A DNA stretch of 64,000 bases from Octopus sinensis (lineage: Eukaryota): positions 41,726,001-41,790,000 of the forward strand of contig NC_043002.1 in the NCBI RefSeq assembly GCF_006345805.1. The letters are read 5' to 3'. The position numbers and the translations under genes were made by a program. Every line of letters starts with the position of its first letter. Position 1 is the first letter of the stretch. Below the pieces are notes generated by a model. That model was not told the DNA's origin. It saw only the letters and a list, made by a program, of their open reading frames with translations, and searched no databases. This document shows, piece after piece, positions 38,642 through 52,741 of the stretch.

Positions 38642-39524
38642 GTTGCACAGTCTATTTCATGAGCTTTGCTCTAAGGGCATACCCATAGGGAGCATATATT
38701 GCATGGTTTATTAATTTATTGAATATTTTCTCATGATGCATAGAGAATTAAATTTTAGTTTAAGGATGATGGAATTACATTTCGTAAGCAGAGACTGCCA
38801 TGTATGCATATTGTATGTCCCCTACTACTGCTTGTCAACTGATGTTGGTGTGTTTACATCCCCATAACTTAGCAGTTCAGCAGAAGTGACCAATAGAATA
38901 ACTACCAAGCTTTTTTTTTTTTTTAAAAAGTCATGTGGTTGATTTGTTTGACTATAAAATTCTTCGAGGTCGTGCTCCAGCATGGCCACCGTCTAATGAG
39001 TGAAACAAGTAAAAGATAAAAGATTAAAAAAAAAAGATAACAGTAAATGTAAAAAAAAAAAAAAAAAAGATAACCTTGACCAAGTAAGACCTAAAGCTTA
39101 CCATTCCCTCAGGCTAATGCTAAACAACTGAGGTGAACATAATGAATGAATGAATGACCAACACCAATGAGACAGAGTGAATATGGGGTAAGTGTTGGGA
39201 GAGGGGGATGGTAATTTTTGTAGATATCTCCCAATCAATCATCGAACAAGGTGGAGGTGGGCGGAGGGTAAACATGTGGAAATGGTAGGATGAAAATGTA
39301 AAAGCCAGCTTAGGCAGGAAATTTATGTATGCCATGGTTACTGGTTGGTTGCTAGGACACAGGAGGGAAATTCCTTGTAGTATAAGTAATGAATACAGAG
39401 GCTTCTCAAATAGAGTAGATATGTTAGATAGTCGATAAGATAAAGAGGCGCTAACTACTGCAAGCAGTATCTGCTGCCAATCCCCTGGCACACATGCATG
39501 CACACACACTGGGAAGAAAGGCTG

Positions 39525-39578
<54 letters not shown>

Positions 39579-39599
39579 TATATATATATATACATACAC

Positions 39600-39635
<36 letters not shown>

Positions 39636-39851
39636 CACACACACATAGATACATATATACATACATACATACATATATATAAGCAGTAGAGTACATGATC
39701 AGTTAAGGGAGTAATGCTATTATTATTAAGAAACATACAAGAAAACTTGTGTATGTATGTATGTATGTATGTATGTATGTATATGTATATATGTACGTAT
39801 ATATATATATGTATGTGTATATGTATATATATATATATATATATGTATGTG

Positions 39852-39895
<44 letters not shown>

Positions 39896-39912
39896 ATATG
39901 TATGTGTATATG

Positions 39913-39962
<50 letters not shown>

Positions 39963-40794
39963 TATATATATATATACACACATACACACATGCATACAAT
40001 TAAATGTGGAAGTGTTTGGTGGAAATATCAAACTGTAACTATTCTATGCATTTATTCTATTTTTATTATATATTGCATTTTGTCAACAATAGCATTGTTG
40101 GTTGCAGGTTTGTGACTGGCCAGTCACAGTCACTGGCTTACTACTTTTTACAAAAGCAGTTGGTATTAGGAAGAGCATCCAGTTGTAGAAACCATGCAAA
40201 AACAGACATTTGCAGTCTAGGCAGCTCTTCAGCTGGCCAGTCCCTGTTAAGCCGGTCAACCCATGCAAGCATGGAAAATGGACATTAAATGATGATGATG
40301 GTGACAACGACGATGACGATGATGATCTCTCTCTCTCTCTCACACACACACACCAGGCCTTTACACAGTCTGATATCCCAAATTCCACTGATAAAGCTGT
40401 AATACAAAGCATTTATGTAACGTGTTGTGTAATGAAATTGAACCCAGAATCTAAGCGTACAACAAACTTCTTAAATGCCAAATGTATTTATATCCTTTAC
40501 CGTTTATCTTTTGCTTGTTTTGGTCATTGGACTGTGGCCATGCTGGGGTGCCACTTTGAAGGGTTTTAGTCAAACAAATCAAACCCAGTACATTTTTTTT
40601 TTTAATCTTGTACATATTCTATAATTTTTTTTTCTCTCTTTTTTGCTGAACTGCTAAGATACAGAGATGTAAACAAACTAACACCAGTTGCCAGGTGATA
40701 GTTATGCACATACACACACACATATATGCATGCATGCATGTATACACACATGCATGCATACACACACATACATATGCACACACTCATACATGCA

Positions 40795-40829
<35 letters not shown>

Positions 40830-41705
40830 ACAAATACCTGCATACAGGCAATCATACATACACACATGCATGCATACATACACACACTAATACATGCTCT
40901 CTCTCTCTCTCTCTCACATGCATACATACATACACATACATGCATACATGCACATACTTGCACTTTCTCTCTCTCTCTCACACATACACACGTGCACACA
41001 CACACACACACACACACCACACACACACACACACACACATGGCAGACTTCTTTCAGTCTGTCTACCAAATTAACTCAGATGGCATTGGTTGTCACAGGGC
41101 TATAGTAAAAGACACTCATGGTGTCACACAGTGTGACTGAACCTGAAACCACCTGATTACAAATCTACCTTCTTAACCATACAGCCATGCCTGCATATAC
41201 ATGTGTGTGTGTCCATATATGTTTATCCCAACCCATTTGTCTACTTGATTAAATTAAACTCTTCAGATGGAATATTTCTGTAAATCAAATGGACAGCTTC
41301 GTCACACATCATGTCATGCTGACTCTTCCTGAGGATTTTATTAATTCCTCAACTCATATCTAACCCAAATATTTTACCTGTTCTATGTTCAGACTCATCA
41401 GATCTGGCCTCTAATAGTTACTCTACATTGTCATTCTGAAAATAGACAATCTCATTGGAATCTTGAAGGTGTGAGATGATAAATGGCTAATTCTAAACAA
41501 TGTGAAGAAATTAGCTTTGCATTTGAGTAATTAATTTGAATGTTAAATAGTTGAAGGTGTTATGTCTGTAGAAAGCTCAGCTATTAACATGCTAATGTAA
41601 CTAGTCACTATTTCCTTTGATTAAACAACTAGAATATTCAACAATGAAATTGATAGAGGATTCATTTACTTATAATATACAGCAATACATGCACACACAT
41701 ACACT

Positions 41706-41742
<37 letters not shown>

Positions 41743-41784
41743 CTCTCTCTCTATATATATATATAGAGATAGATAGTTATGGTT

Positions 41785-41960
41785 CAAATATACAGAAAAC
41801 AAAAGACAGGGACAGATGAGGAAACAACAAGCAGATGTATTAGTTTGTCATTCTGGAAAAATGGAAAAGTCTTTGATGTTTCAAGCCTATGCTCTTTCAA
41901 CAGAAAGCAATGAGAGGGAAAGAGGTGGTGGAATGGTCCCATATGTTGAAATGATCACAA
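41785..41960 (-). mobile_element. Microsatellite-flanked repeat with a degenerate minimal hammerhead-like motif (41871-41907)
   Basis: Minus: CTTT-CTGTTGA-AA-GAGC-ATAG-GCTT-GAAA-CAT-C-AAAG. Confidence 0.45.
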
Positions 41961-42020
41961 GGAGGATACACACACATCCCCTTCTCTCTCTCTCTCTCTC
42001 CCTCTCTCCCTCCCTCTCTC

Positions 42021-42075
<55 letters not shown>

Positions 42076-42344
42076 GTCACCACTTGATGAGCTTTGATTT
42101 TAAGCGAAACTAGATTAGTATAGTGATCTTGCTCACTGTGGTATGGTTATCTCCCCTGTCAGCACTTAGATATGCGCTTCTTTGTGGCTAAGAGGTTTTA
42201 ATTCTTATTTCTAGCAATGTAGGTGTTTTCCTGCTCCCTTGGTCACAGTTTGTAACAACTTAAGTTCTTCCTTTTTGGCTTTATATTGTGTATGGTTGGC
42301 TTCATTATTTCATACACGTATATTTTCTTTTTCTTTTACATGTT

Positions 42345-42484
42345 TCAGTCATTTGACTGCAGTCATGCTGAAGCACCACCTTTAGTCGAACAAATCGACC
42401 CCAGGACTCATTCTTTGTAAGCCTAGTACTTACTCTATCGGTCTCTTTTGCTGAGCCGCTAAATTACAGGGACCTAAACACACC

Positions 42485-42519
<35 letters not shown>

Positions 42520-42728
42520 TACATACATACATATATATATATGATGGGCTTCTTTCAGTTTCCATCTACCAAATCGACTCACAAGGCTTTGGTCAGCCCG
42601 AGACTATAGTAGAAGACATTTGCCCAAGGTGCCATGCAGTCGGACTGAACCCAGAACCAAGTGGTTGGGAAGCAAGCTTCTCACAGCCACTCCTGCACCT
42701 ATAATACATACATACATACACACATATA

Positions 42729-42772
<44 letters not shown>

Positions 42773-43010
42773 ATATGCACACACACACACACACATACAT
42801 ACATACATATATATATATGATGGGCTTCTTTCAGTTTCCATCTACCAAATCGACTCACAAGGCTTTGGTCAGCCCGAGACTATAGTAGAAGACATTTGCC
42901 CAAGGTGCCATGCAGTCGGACTGAACCCAGAACCAAGTGGTTGGGAAGCAAGCTTCTCACAGCCACTCCTGCACCTATAATACATACATACATACATACA
43001 TACACACATA

Positions 43011-43020
<10 letters not shown>
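42345..43020 (-). mobile_element. OR-type SINE whose 5' half is tandemly duplicated (period 276 bp)
   Basis: 42541-42720 and 42817-42996 look identical outside the microsatellites. Confidence 0.9.
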
Positions 43021-43075
<55 letters not shown>

Positions 43076-43084
43076 ATATATATA

Positions 43085-43275
43085 TAGGGAGAGTTTACGA
43101 AAAAAACAAAAGACGAAGACAGGTGGTGTACAAAACAAACAGATGTATTAGTATAACGCTCAGGAATAGAAAAAGTCTTTTACGTTTTGAGCCTACGCTC
43201 TTCTACAGAAAGGGACACAGAAAAAACAAGGAGAGAAACGAGGAGAGAAAAAAGTGTGTGTAGTGGCTAATGATC
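43085..43275 (-). mobile_element. Second copy of the hammerhead-like repeat family (motif 43177-43212)
   Basis: Minus: CTTT-CTGTAGA-A-GAGC-GTAG-GCTC-AAAA-CGT-A-AAAG; shares CAGATGTATTAGT..GAAAAGTCTTT with 41785-41960. Confidence 0.5.
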
Positions 43276-43888
43276 TATCATATATATATTTAAAAAATTT
43301 TAATTTCTTTGGAGAATGTTCCTGTATGAAATATCATGCATCATCTCTTGTTATGTGACACTAACTTATTTTGTTTTCATGAATTTTTATGTATATATGT
43401 TTTTGTTGCCTCTGTTATTTAACTGAATCTGCAGTCCCATAGTCAAAAGCATTCCAACTATGACCATCTACCACCACATCCAATGTGACTTTTTACTTCA
43501 CTTAAGACGGTGTAGTGTGATTTCATTAGGATTTGGCTGCTGTTTCTAATCAGTTAAGCTACCACATAGAAGTCACCTGGTTGGTATACATTCTTGTGAA
43601 ATTGCTTAAAGAAATTTCTAGGTTCCAAAGTGAGGGTCCACATTTCAATTTGACAGCCAAAAATTCCCTTCAATCTGAAACCTGACAGAGGAATGTTGTA
43701 ATTGTATTGCAGATAATTATATGCTTTTGTAAACATGATAAGGAAAAAGCTGCATTCAGTTTCATATTGCTCTTTTAGAAACAAAATATCATTTGGATAG
43801 TATTTGCATTCCACAGTAGTCACAGTTGATTTTGGAAAATTAAACAGAGTAATTCCCCAATAGATGTGTAGGTGTGTTTTTCTCCCCT

Positions 43889-43919
<31 letters not shown>

Positions 43920-44161
43920 ATGTGTGTGTGTCTCTCTCTCATGCATGAATGAACTGTTTAAATATCTAGTAATGTGTATGCGTGTGCGTACTTTATAACG
44001 ACTAACTGTCATACAAATTATGATGTAAATTTATATTGTTTTGTGTATGGGAAACTTTAAGAAAATGCAGTAGAAAATTATTTGCCATTTAATTATAAGC
44101 TCTTCAGAATATATTGTGTCTTCTTTTTTTCCATTTGCACACATAAATTCATGTGTGTGTG

Positions 44162-44197
<36 letters not shown>

Positions 44198-44211
44198 CTC
44201 CTATTTATATA

Positions 44212-44400
44212 AGAGGAGTGGGCTGAACAGTTCCTGGCTTTGGGTAAAAGAAAATAGAGGAGGATCAGTTAATTATGGTTTTATTTAACATATTCTCCTC
44301 TCAGATTCACACACTTATTACAGTGGTCCTTCAGTATTTTTAAAAGAAGGTTTGGAATCTAACCAGGCCTTAAAGCCTGGAACTTTGCAGCATTCCCTCA
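44212..44400. mobile_element. Tc1/mariner-like MITE flanked by TA
   Basis: GCTGAACAGTTCCTGGCTTT / AAAGCCTGGAACTTTGCAGC inverted ends. Confidence 0.65.
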
Positions 44401-46041
44401 TAATTGTTATGTCTTTTAATGGTAGTGTTCCAGCTTGGCCACAGCTTTTGCATTGGAACACATAAAAGAATAAAGATAGACAGATAGACAGAGAATGGCT
44501 TAGATGCAGGCATTGGCTATGTAGTTAACAAAGTTGCTTCTTAACTATGGGGTTTCAAGTTCAGTTCCACTATATGGTAACTTGAGCAAGCATCTTCTAC
44601 TGTAACTCTAGATTACTCAAAGCCTTGCGAATGGATTTGGTAGACAGAATTTGGAAGAAGCCTGTCGTGTGTGTGTATTTGTGTACCCTTGTTTTGACAT
44701 CGTGAGATAGTTTTAAATGAGTATTGCTGTTATATAGTGTCATTCATTTGCAATCTTTCATGATAGCATGTCTGGTAATGTGGGGAAACATTACTTTACT
44801 TGGAAACAGGTGAAGGTTGGTAAATGGGAGGGTATCCAGCCATTTACCATCAGCTTCAATGAATCCGTCCGATCCATGATCCATGCAAGCATGGAAAAGT
44901 GGATATTAAAGCTATGTTGTCGTTGATAATAATGATGCTGAATATGATAGTGTGCATGTAAGCATACATATACATATTCAGTCATGCTCACACATACACA
45001 GCTAGTACTTGAAATAAATTTGAGTATATAAATATCTATTTGCATGTATACATACCTGTGTATGGATGTGTGCGTGTTTATGTATTTATCTATGTGTACG
45101 AATACATAAATATCTTTTGTATGTACACAAGTTAATTATACTTATGTGCACGTGTGTGGCCTGCGTGTATGTATATGTATGTATACATATATATGTGTGC
45201 ATGAATAAATATATCAAGTATGAAAACGAACACATGCCAACATGTAAAAATATGCGTGCAAATACATGTAATTAATGTATATATGCATCTAATGATGTAT
45301 GTATGTATGTATGTATGTAAGTATGTACAGAATCTTCTTTGTTGTCCACTATAATATATTATTTCGCATTAACTTTGAAGAACCAATGAGGTTGTTAGGA
45401 ATTTTTCTATTTTGGAGAATATATCTTCTTCTTCTAGCTATAATTAACCTGCTTTCATTTGATTCTGTGTTTGATTGGCATATTATTTACTGAACTACAT
45501 TTGCATGTTTATCGATATGGTTTGTGTGTGTGTGGTCCTTGTAAAATGCCATACTGAATTAAGATGCATATTTAAGCAACTGCATAGGAAAAATAACAGA
45601 AGTTTTACTTAATTCCTTTGAGTTTTACCTCTTCATTAAATAAACAATGAACTGGAAATGAATGGCAATATTATTTTATCATACCATATGGTTATGTAAG
45701 TTTCGATGTATAAGTAGATGTATGCATGTGTGAGTGTGTATCTATCTATGTATGTGTGTGTGTGTGTGTATGTATGTATGTTCAGTGTGTGTGTATCTGT
45801 TTGCATATATATATAAAGATATATATATATTGGTAGATAGGCAGGTGCAGACATGCATATGCATGCAATATATACATGCATATATATATTGTGTGTGTAT
45901 ATATATGTGATGTGTGTGTAATGTATATATATGTATGTGTGTATGTGTATATATATATATATATACCTACACACATATAGAAACTTATATGTACACATAA
46001 ACATACATATACACACACACACACACCACACACACACACAC

Positions 46042-46095
<54 letters not shown>

Positions 46096-47676
46096 ATCCC
46101 GGCATGGAAGGTGGACATTAAATGATGATGGTATACAGGTGTATATACATATATTTATGTATGTATATATGTGAATATTTATATCATATATGTATATTAT
46201 TATACCAACATTCTAGTACCTGTAAATACTACTATCATATTGTATACATGCACTTGCACATACACAAACACACACACACAAAATGTTTGGTAAATAATTA
46301 GTCTTGTAATTCCCATTGGAATCTAGAATAATGTTGCATTGCCAGCTAAAGAATATAGCGGTCACATTGAGGAGTATCTGCAGAAACTGCAACAGACCAG
46401 ACTGATAAAGGAGAAAAAAAAATTTGACTATGAACAAATTACTTGGACATAATAATAGTTTTTCTTTCAGAATTTTTGTTTTTACAAAGAAGCCTAAAAT
46501 ATATAATCCTTCACTGATAATATTTTGAATGAAATATGCTACCTATGTACAGTAGTTAATATTGGAAGAATTTAGTAATATATAATTTGGAGGAAATTAT
46601 TAAAATAACTAATTTTGTCATTATTAACCCTTTCATTACCATATTTCTGTTAAAATGCAGTTAATTTTGAAAATAATGAGACTTTACTAAAATAACTTTG
46701 TTACTATTAAGTTGCTGTTTAGACCATGAATTAACAGGAAATTTGATGGAAGCTCTAAGGGTTAAACTAGTATTTGGAATATAACTAAAAATTCCAATAT
46801 AACATTACGATGGGTGGTTTTTCATTTAAACTATGGACCCTTGAAAATGAGAAGTTTAGATTCATTGAACAAAAGGAGGTCTAAGGCGGCATGAAAAAGG
46901 GGTTAATGGATGCTGAGACAGGCCAATGTAATCCTTCACTGTTTGTTTAACAGTTCTCTGATGGAGTTCAAAGCTTTGTCTTTTCTTTCTCTACTATTAA
47001 ATTTGGGAAGCATTCATGAAAACATGGATGATCAAAAATGTTTTTCTTCTTCCCTTTCTCATTCCCTTTCTTGTGTTGCATAATAGTATTTCAATAACTT
47101 CTCCTGCTCCATGGTAATTCTATACAGAATATTGGCTAAATTGGATTATTGGTAGTACTGGTGAAGAGAATTTTTTTTTACTTGTATTGTATGTGTTTAT
47201 CCTTACTTAAGCCCTTTGCTCCCTCCCTATGGAGAATAAGTCCTCAATGACTTTTCTCCATTGTTCTCATTTCTGGGTTTTCTTTCCTCTTCCAAGTCAT
47301 GTTGGTTTTGAAATTCGATGTGTTAAGAAGTTTGCTTTGAAACTATGCAGTTTCAGTTGGATCCCATTCTGCAGCACCTTGGACAAGGGTCCTCCATTGT
47401 AGCCTCAGATTAATTAATGCCTTGTGACTGAAATCTGGTTGATGGAAACTGTGCAAAAGTTCATAGTCTGTGCACACTTGTGTTTGTGAATGTGTGTACT
47501 TCTAATACTGTGTCCCCTTATATTTCAAAAAGATAACATAACCATTCAATAAATACAGACCAATCAAATTAAGTAGCTAACTAAGATAAGTAGTGGGAAG
47601 TCAATGTATTTGACTTAAACACAGGCAATGCCCTAGCTTGCCCATAGTAAATAAATAGGGTAAATAGGGTAAAGAG

Positions 47677-48222
47677 CCCCTTTGGTCATGAATGACCATG
47701 GATTGCACCTAGAAAGTTCCCCTCCAAGGCACAAGTCTTCTTTCTTCTTCTTTCTTCAGGGAACAGAAAAAAGAAGACATGCACCCAACACCAGAGCTGG
47801 GGGCACGTCAAAAGTAGAGGTGTAGGGCCGAAACCAGACGTGGTTCCTCCTGATGATATCTTGAGCTAACTGGATCAGTTGTGGTAGCAGACCGCGAAAC
47901 ACGGTTGTAATTCCTCAGAACCCCTTTGGTCATGAATGACCATGGATTGCACCTAGGAAGTTCACCTCCAAGGCACAAGTCCTGGTGAGGTTGTTATGGA
48001 AGACCAGCAGTCACTCACGCACACCAGCCTTCCCCTCTCCATGTCATTGATGTTATCCAAGGGAAAGGCAATGATCAATATGGCTTGGCACCACAGCTGA
48101 GTGAACTGGAGCAATGTGAAATAAAGTGTCTTGCATAAGAACACAAAACACTACCTGGTCTAGGAAACGAACCCTCTACCTCATGATTGTGAGCCCAACA
48201 CTAACCACTGAGCCATGCACCT
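47677..48222 (-). mobile_element. Third-family SINE with a 61-bp tail duplication enclosing a 183-bp unrelated insert
   Basis: 47677-47737 matches 47921-47981 with 2 mismatches; insert 47738-47920. Confidence 0.8.
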
Positions 48223-48503
48223 TCATTAGTCATGTGTCTGTAAAAGTAGTGTCTACTCTTTTGCATTCAGATTGCTCTGTCAAGTGTAATGCTTATTTAT
48301 TCACATTATATTGAATTAATCATGCATTATCTCACTGCTTCAAGATTTCAAAGATTGAATGATGTGACTGTTTTTAGAATGACATTATAAGGTAATTGTA
48401 AGAGGTTGTATCCAACCAGTTTGAACATAAAACAGGTAGAATATTTAGGTTGAACACGGCTTGTTTAAATGCTAAATGGTTAAAGTTACTGATAGTTGCT
48501 ATT

Positions 48504-48907
48504 GGCGAGCTGGCAGAAATGTTAGAACGCCGGGCGAAATGCGTAGCCATATTTCATCTGCCGTTACGTTCTGAGTTCAAATTCCACCGTGGTCGACTTT
48601 GCCTTTCATCCTTTCAGGGTCGATAAATTAAGTAGAAGTTATGCACTGGGGTCGATATAATCGACTTAATCCATTTGTTTGTCCTCTCTGTGTTTGGCCC
48701 CTTGTGGGTAGTAAAGAAATAGGTATTTCATCTGCCATTATGTTCTGGGTTCAAATTCTGCCGAGGTCGACTTTACCTTTCATCCTTTCGGGCTCGATAA
48801 ATTAAGTACCAGTTACGCACTGGGGTCGATGTAATCGACTTAATCCCTTTGTCTGTCCTTGTTTGTCCCCTCTGTGTTCAGTCTCTTGTGGGCAATAAAG
48901 AAATAAG
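48504..48907 (+). mobile_element. Dimeric Meta-domain-like SINE
   Basis: Full unit 48504-48720 followed by a head-less unit 48721-48907. Confidence 0.85.
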
Positions 48908-50606
48908 TTGCCATTGATTGAGAAAATGGTGTTTTCAAACACTCCCCTAATGTTACCCTGTTCATAAACTGCTGGTGACATCATGCTGTATCTTATGGCC
49001 AAGACATAAAATGCATCTTATTGTAAATAGGTACGAGTTGGTAGAGCTCATTAGTGTGACACTGTATTATCAGTTAATGTTCTTTGTTAGCATGCATACC
49101 CAAGTTAAAAGTCTATGTTCCAATAGTAGGTCACAAAGAAAGAAGCAGTTTGGTGGAGGTGGAGGAAAAGGTGTGTTCTCCCTTAGAGAATCTAAAAAAA
49201 AAAAAACCAGTAAGATCACCAGAAGTTCACTCGTTTGGCAATGCCTTCAAATGTATAAAAGGAAGGAGACAACAACAGCAGTAACAGCGTGAATGTTATC
49301 AACTAAAAGTTAGTCTTTGATATTATTGATGGAATGGTTACATTTTTTTGTCTGTTTTTTCCCCCCTCTTTCTATTTATTTTCATTTATGCTATTTTATT
49401 TTATTTTATATATTTTCCATTTTTCATGAATATATAGTTTTAGAAATTTTAAATGACCTCTAAATCTGAATTCCTTACTTCAAAGGAAGATTATGTTGGT
49501 TTGAAGTAAACTAGAAAGGCTATTAAGTTTCAGTTTATAATCAGAGATTTAGAGAAAAAAAAAAATGGTTGATGCTTTTATTCAATTGTTTTATTAGATA
49601 AGGTCGGATTTCATGGCACTTTAAACTTCAAAACAGTGAAGATTGATGGGCTCGACAACTGTTGACTAATGAGTTTAATAGCAATACAGTTATTATGCTG
49701 TTAAATTCTTTGAAATGAAATGAAAAACAAATGATTATACATACATACAGAAATATATATGTATGTATGTATGTATTTATTTATGTATGTATGTATGTAT
49801 GTATGAACATACACACACGTGTGTACACGGACATGTATGCTCAAAGTAATAATAAATGGTGTGTTTCTCTTGGAACTTGTTTTGCTAGGATGAAGATGTA
49901 AGTGTAATTTATTACAATGCCTTCCCATATTATTTGATGTGGCAGACAATGGCCGCTTTGTTTTCCAGTATGTTAGGTAGGGCACGGCAGTAGCTTTTGG
50001 TGTAATGTGATCTCCATGGTTTCAGCAATGCTGATAGAATTTGATATATAAATTAAAAGTGTAATAACCGGTTAATGGGTGCAGTGTAAGAAATGAAGAC
50101 ACCCCTGTGTCTAGGATTCGGACATGATGAGGCCCAAAATTAATTTTCATCAAGTTAGGGAAACATTTTTACCAGCTGTTCTGACCTCCAGTTGTTAACT
50201 TATATAAAGGTATGAGTTTCTAACCTGGTCATCAGTTTTTTTTATATATTGTTGGTGAAGGGAAATTTATTCTATTTGTTTGTTCTGTTGGCTGGTAGAA
50301 AAAAAGGTTTAAGGGTAGTAGAAATATTAGTAATAATGTGTTTGTGGTGTCATATTATCTCTAAACAATTTGTTGGCCCTATTTTTTCCTTTTATGTTGA
50401 TGTGTGAGTGTGTGTGTGTGTTGTTAAATAACCACATTTCACCACTCCTTTTTGTTATTTTCTTCTAATCAGAGTTGTCTTTTTGTTAACCTCCTTCTTT
50501 TTTAATTCTATAATTTATTTCCAGAGCAGCCCTTAATACCCCGATTTTTAACTCACACTAGCTTAGGAAATTACAGTTGTCCTTTATTATCTTCCATTTT
50601 TTCACC

Positions 50607-50827
50607 TTAACCCTTTAGCATTCAGATGTCAAATGTAATGCTCATTTATTCACCTTGTTTTGAATTAATTATGCATTAGCTCAGGGTCTTGTGATTTTGA
50701 TGATGTAATTATTTATTTTTGGAATGACATTGTAGAGTGGGTGTGAAAGGCCAGATCTGGCCAGTTTAAACATAAACAGCTAGAATGTTTAGGCCTGATA
50801 TAGCCAGTTTAACTACTGAAGGGATAA
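50607..50827. mobile_element. piggyBac-like MITE (family 1); further copies at 52097-52313, about 48265-48483, 21170-21390 and 29040-29645
   Basis: TTAA-CCCTTTAGCATT start, ..GAAGGG-ATAA end. Confidence 0.75.
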
Positions 50828-52741
50828 ACCATTGAGAACACAGTTTACTAATAAACCAAGTGTTATATCTAACAACTTTATGTATAGGTATTACTCATAA
50901 CCAGTTAGCTTTATTGAAATTGTGGTTATAATAATAATGAAATTATTGTATACAGTGCTCAGGTGCACTGGTTATCACTAGTTGAAAATTATCTGTCTAC
51001 TAAAAGTCATATTGAGAACTGCTACTACCTGTAGCTTGAAAAAAGATCTTTCCAAACATGAGTCTTTGTAAAGGTAAGCAGCATTTCTTTGATATTAAGT
51101 TTATCTTTTATATTCTACTTGTTTCAGTCATTAAACTGTGACCATGCTGGAGAAATCCCTTGAAGAATTTTTAGTCAAATGAATCAGCCTCAGTACTTAT
51201 TTTTTTAAAACCTGTTATTTATTTTATTGATCTATTTTGCCAAACTGCTAAGTTACAGGGACATAAACACACCAACACCAGTTGTCAAGTGGTGGTGGGG
51301 GACAAAGTCTCGACCACACAGACATACACACATGACAGGCTTCTTTCAGTTTCTGTCTTCCAAATGTGCTCACAATGTTTTGGTTGGCCCAAGTCTTTAG
51401 TAGAAGGCGTTTACCCAAGGTGCCATGCAGCAGGATTGAACCCAAGACCATGTGGTTAAGAAAGAAACTTCTTGCCACACACAGTTACATCTGCACCTTG
51501 AAGTTTTTGAATTCTTTACCAGAAAAAAATTCCAATTCTAATTCCTACATGTTAGTTGCCAGAATGTTTCGCATCAATTTATTAAAACAGATGACAACTC
51601 TTATTTGCAATGTGTTCTTAATATTCTATTAAAAACTAATAAAAAAAAAATACTTTGATTTTTATCTGGAGGCCTAATGCCAATATCAAGAATGTGGTCC
51701 AAGCAAATACAAAAGCTCATTCTTCTGTGATTCAACATTGCTCTAATAATGAAAATGGTTTCTTTATTAAATTTGCTGACAATGGTTATAAGTGAAGTGG
51801 AATTGGCTCACCAGTAGCTCCAAAGCACACCATTGTTCTCTCCTCTATGCTTAAATAAGATATTAATTTTAAATCTTTCTTTGTAAACATGCTGTACCAA
51901 CACATAAACGCAGGCATGGAGTCAAGCTAGAGTTAAAAGAAATAGCAATGATTAAATAGATGAGGTATCCGGCCATTCAGCTGAAGACTCAAGAAGTCAT
52001 AATCCATCACTAAGGTTCAGATTTGTCCCTTACTCTTCACTTTTTCTCCCCAACAGTGGCCCCTCCTACACAGATGCCACCTGCCTACAATCTTCCTTAA
52101 CCCTTTAGCATTTAATCTGGTCTAAATATTCTAGCTCTTTTATGTTAAAACTGACCAGATCCAATCTCTCACACCTACCCTACAATGTCATTCTTAAAAT
52201 ATAGGAACCTACCATTGAAACCTTGAAGCTACAAAATAATGTGTAATTAATTAAAAACAATGTGAATAAATAAAAATAGATTTGACAGAATAATCTGAAT
52301 GCTAAAGGGTCAAAGTTCATTGTCTAAATGTCACCCACTTGTGACTTAGACACCTCATGCCCAACCTGTATTAACCCCATGAACAGGGACCATTACATAT
52401 ATAGCTAAATTTACCAACAAAATATTATTGAAATTCACGTTCCCTAAACATGAACAGCATACACCTCAAACCCTGAACATCTGTACAAACGTTAGGGCTC
52501 ATTATCACAGAGGTTATCCCCAACCCCCACCCCGCCTGCCAGCAAATGCACAGCCTGAAAATAGCAACAGACTACATCATGAAGATAGGCATCTTCTTCA
52601 TGGAATAAACTAACAATGTCATTTGTTACCTATCAGGATACTGCATCCTTCAAAAATTCCATGCTTCCTAAAATCAGCCAACACTACTCTAGATGTGCTT
52701 ATTCGCCCCTTCCTCTTTATGGCTCTTTTACTATTTATTTT

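Noticed and set aside
49690-49712. Partial resemblance to a protostome miRNA 5' end (TATTATGCTG)
   Set aside because: Match stops after about 12 nt and no hairpin partner was seen
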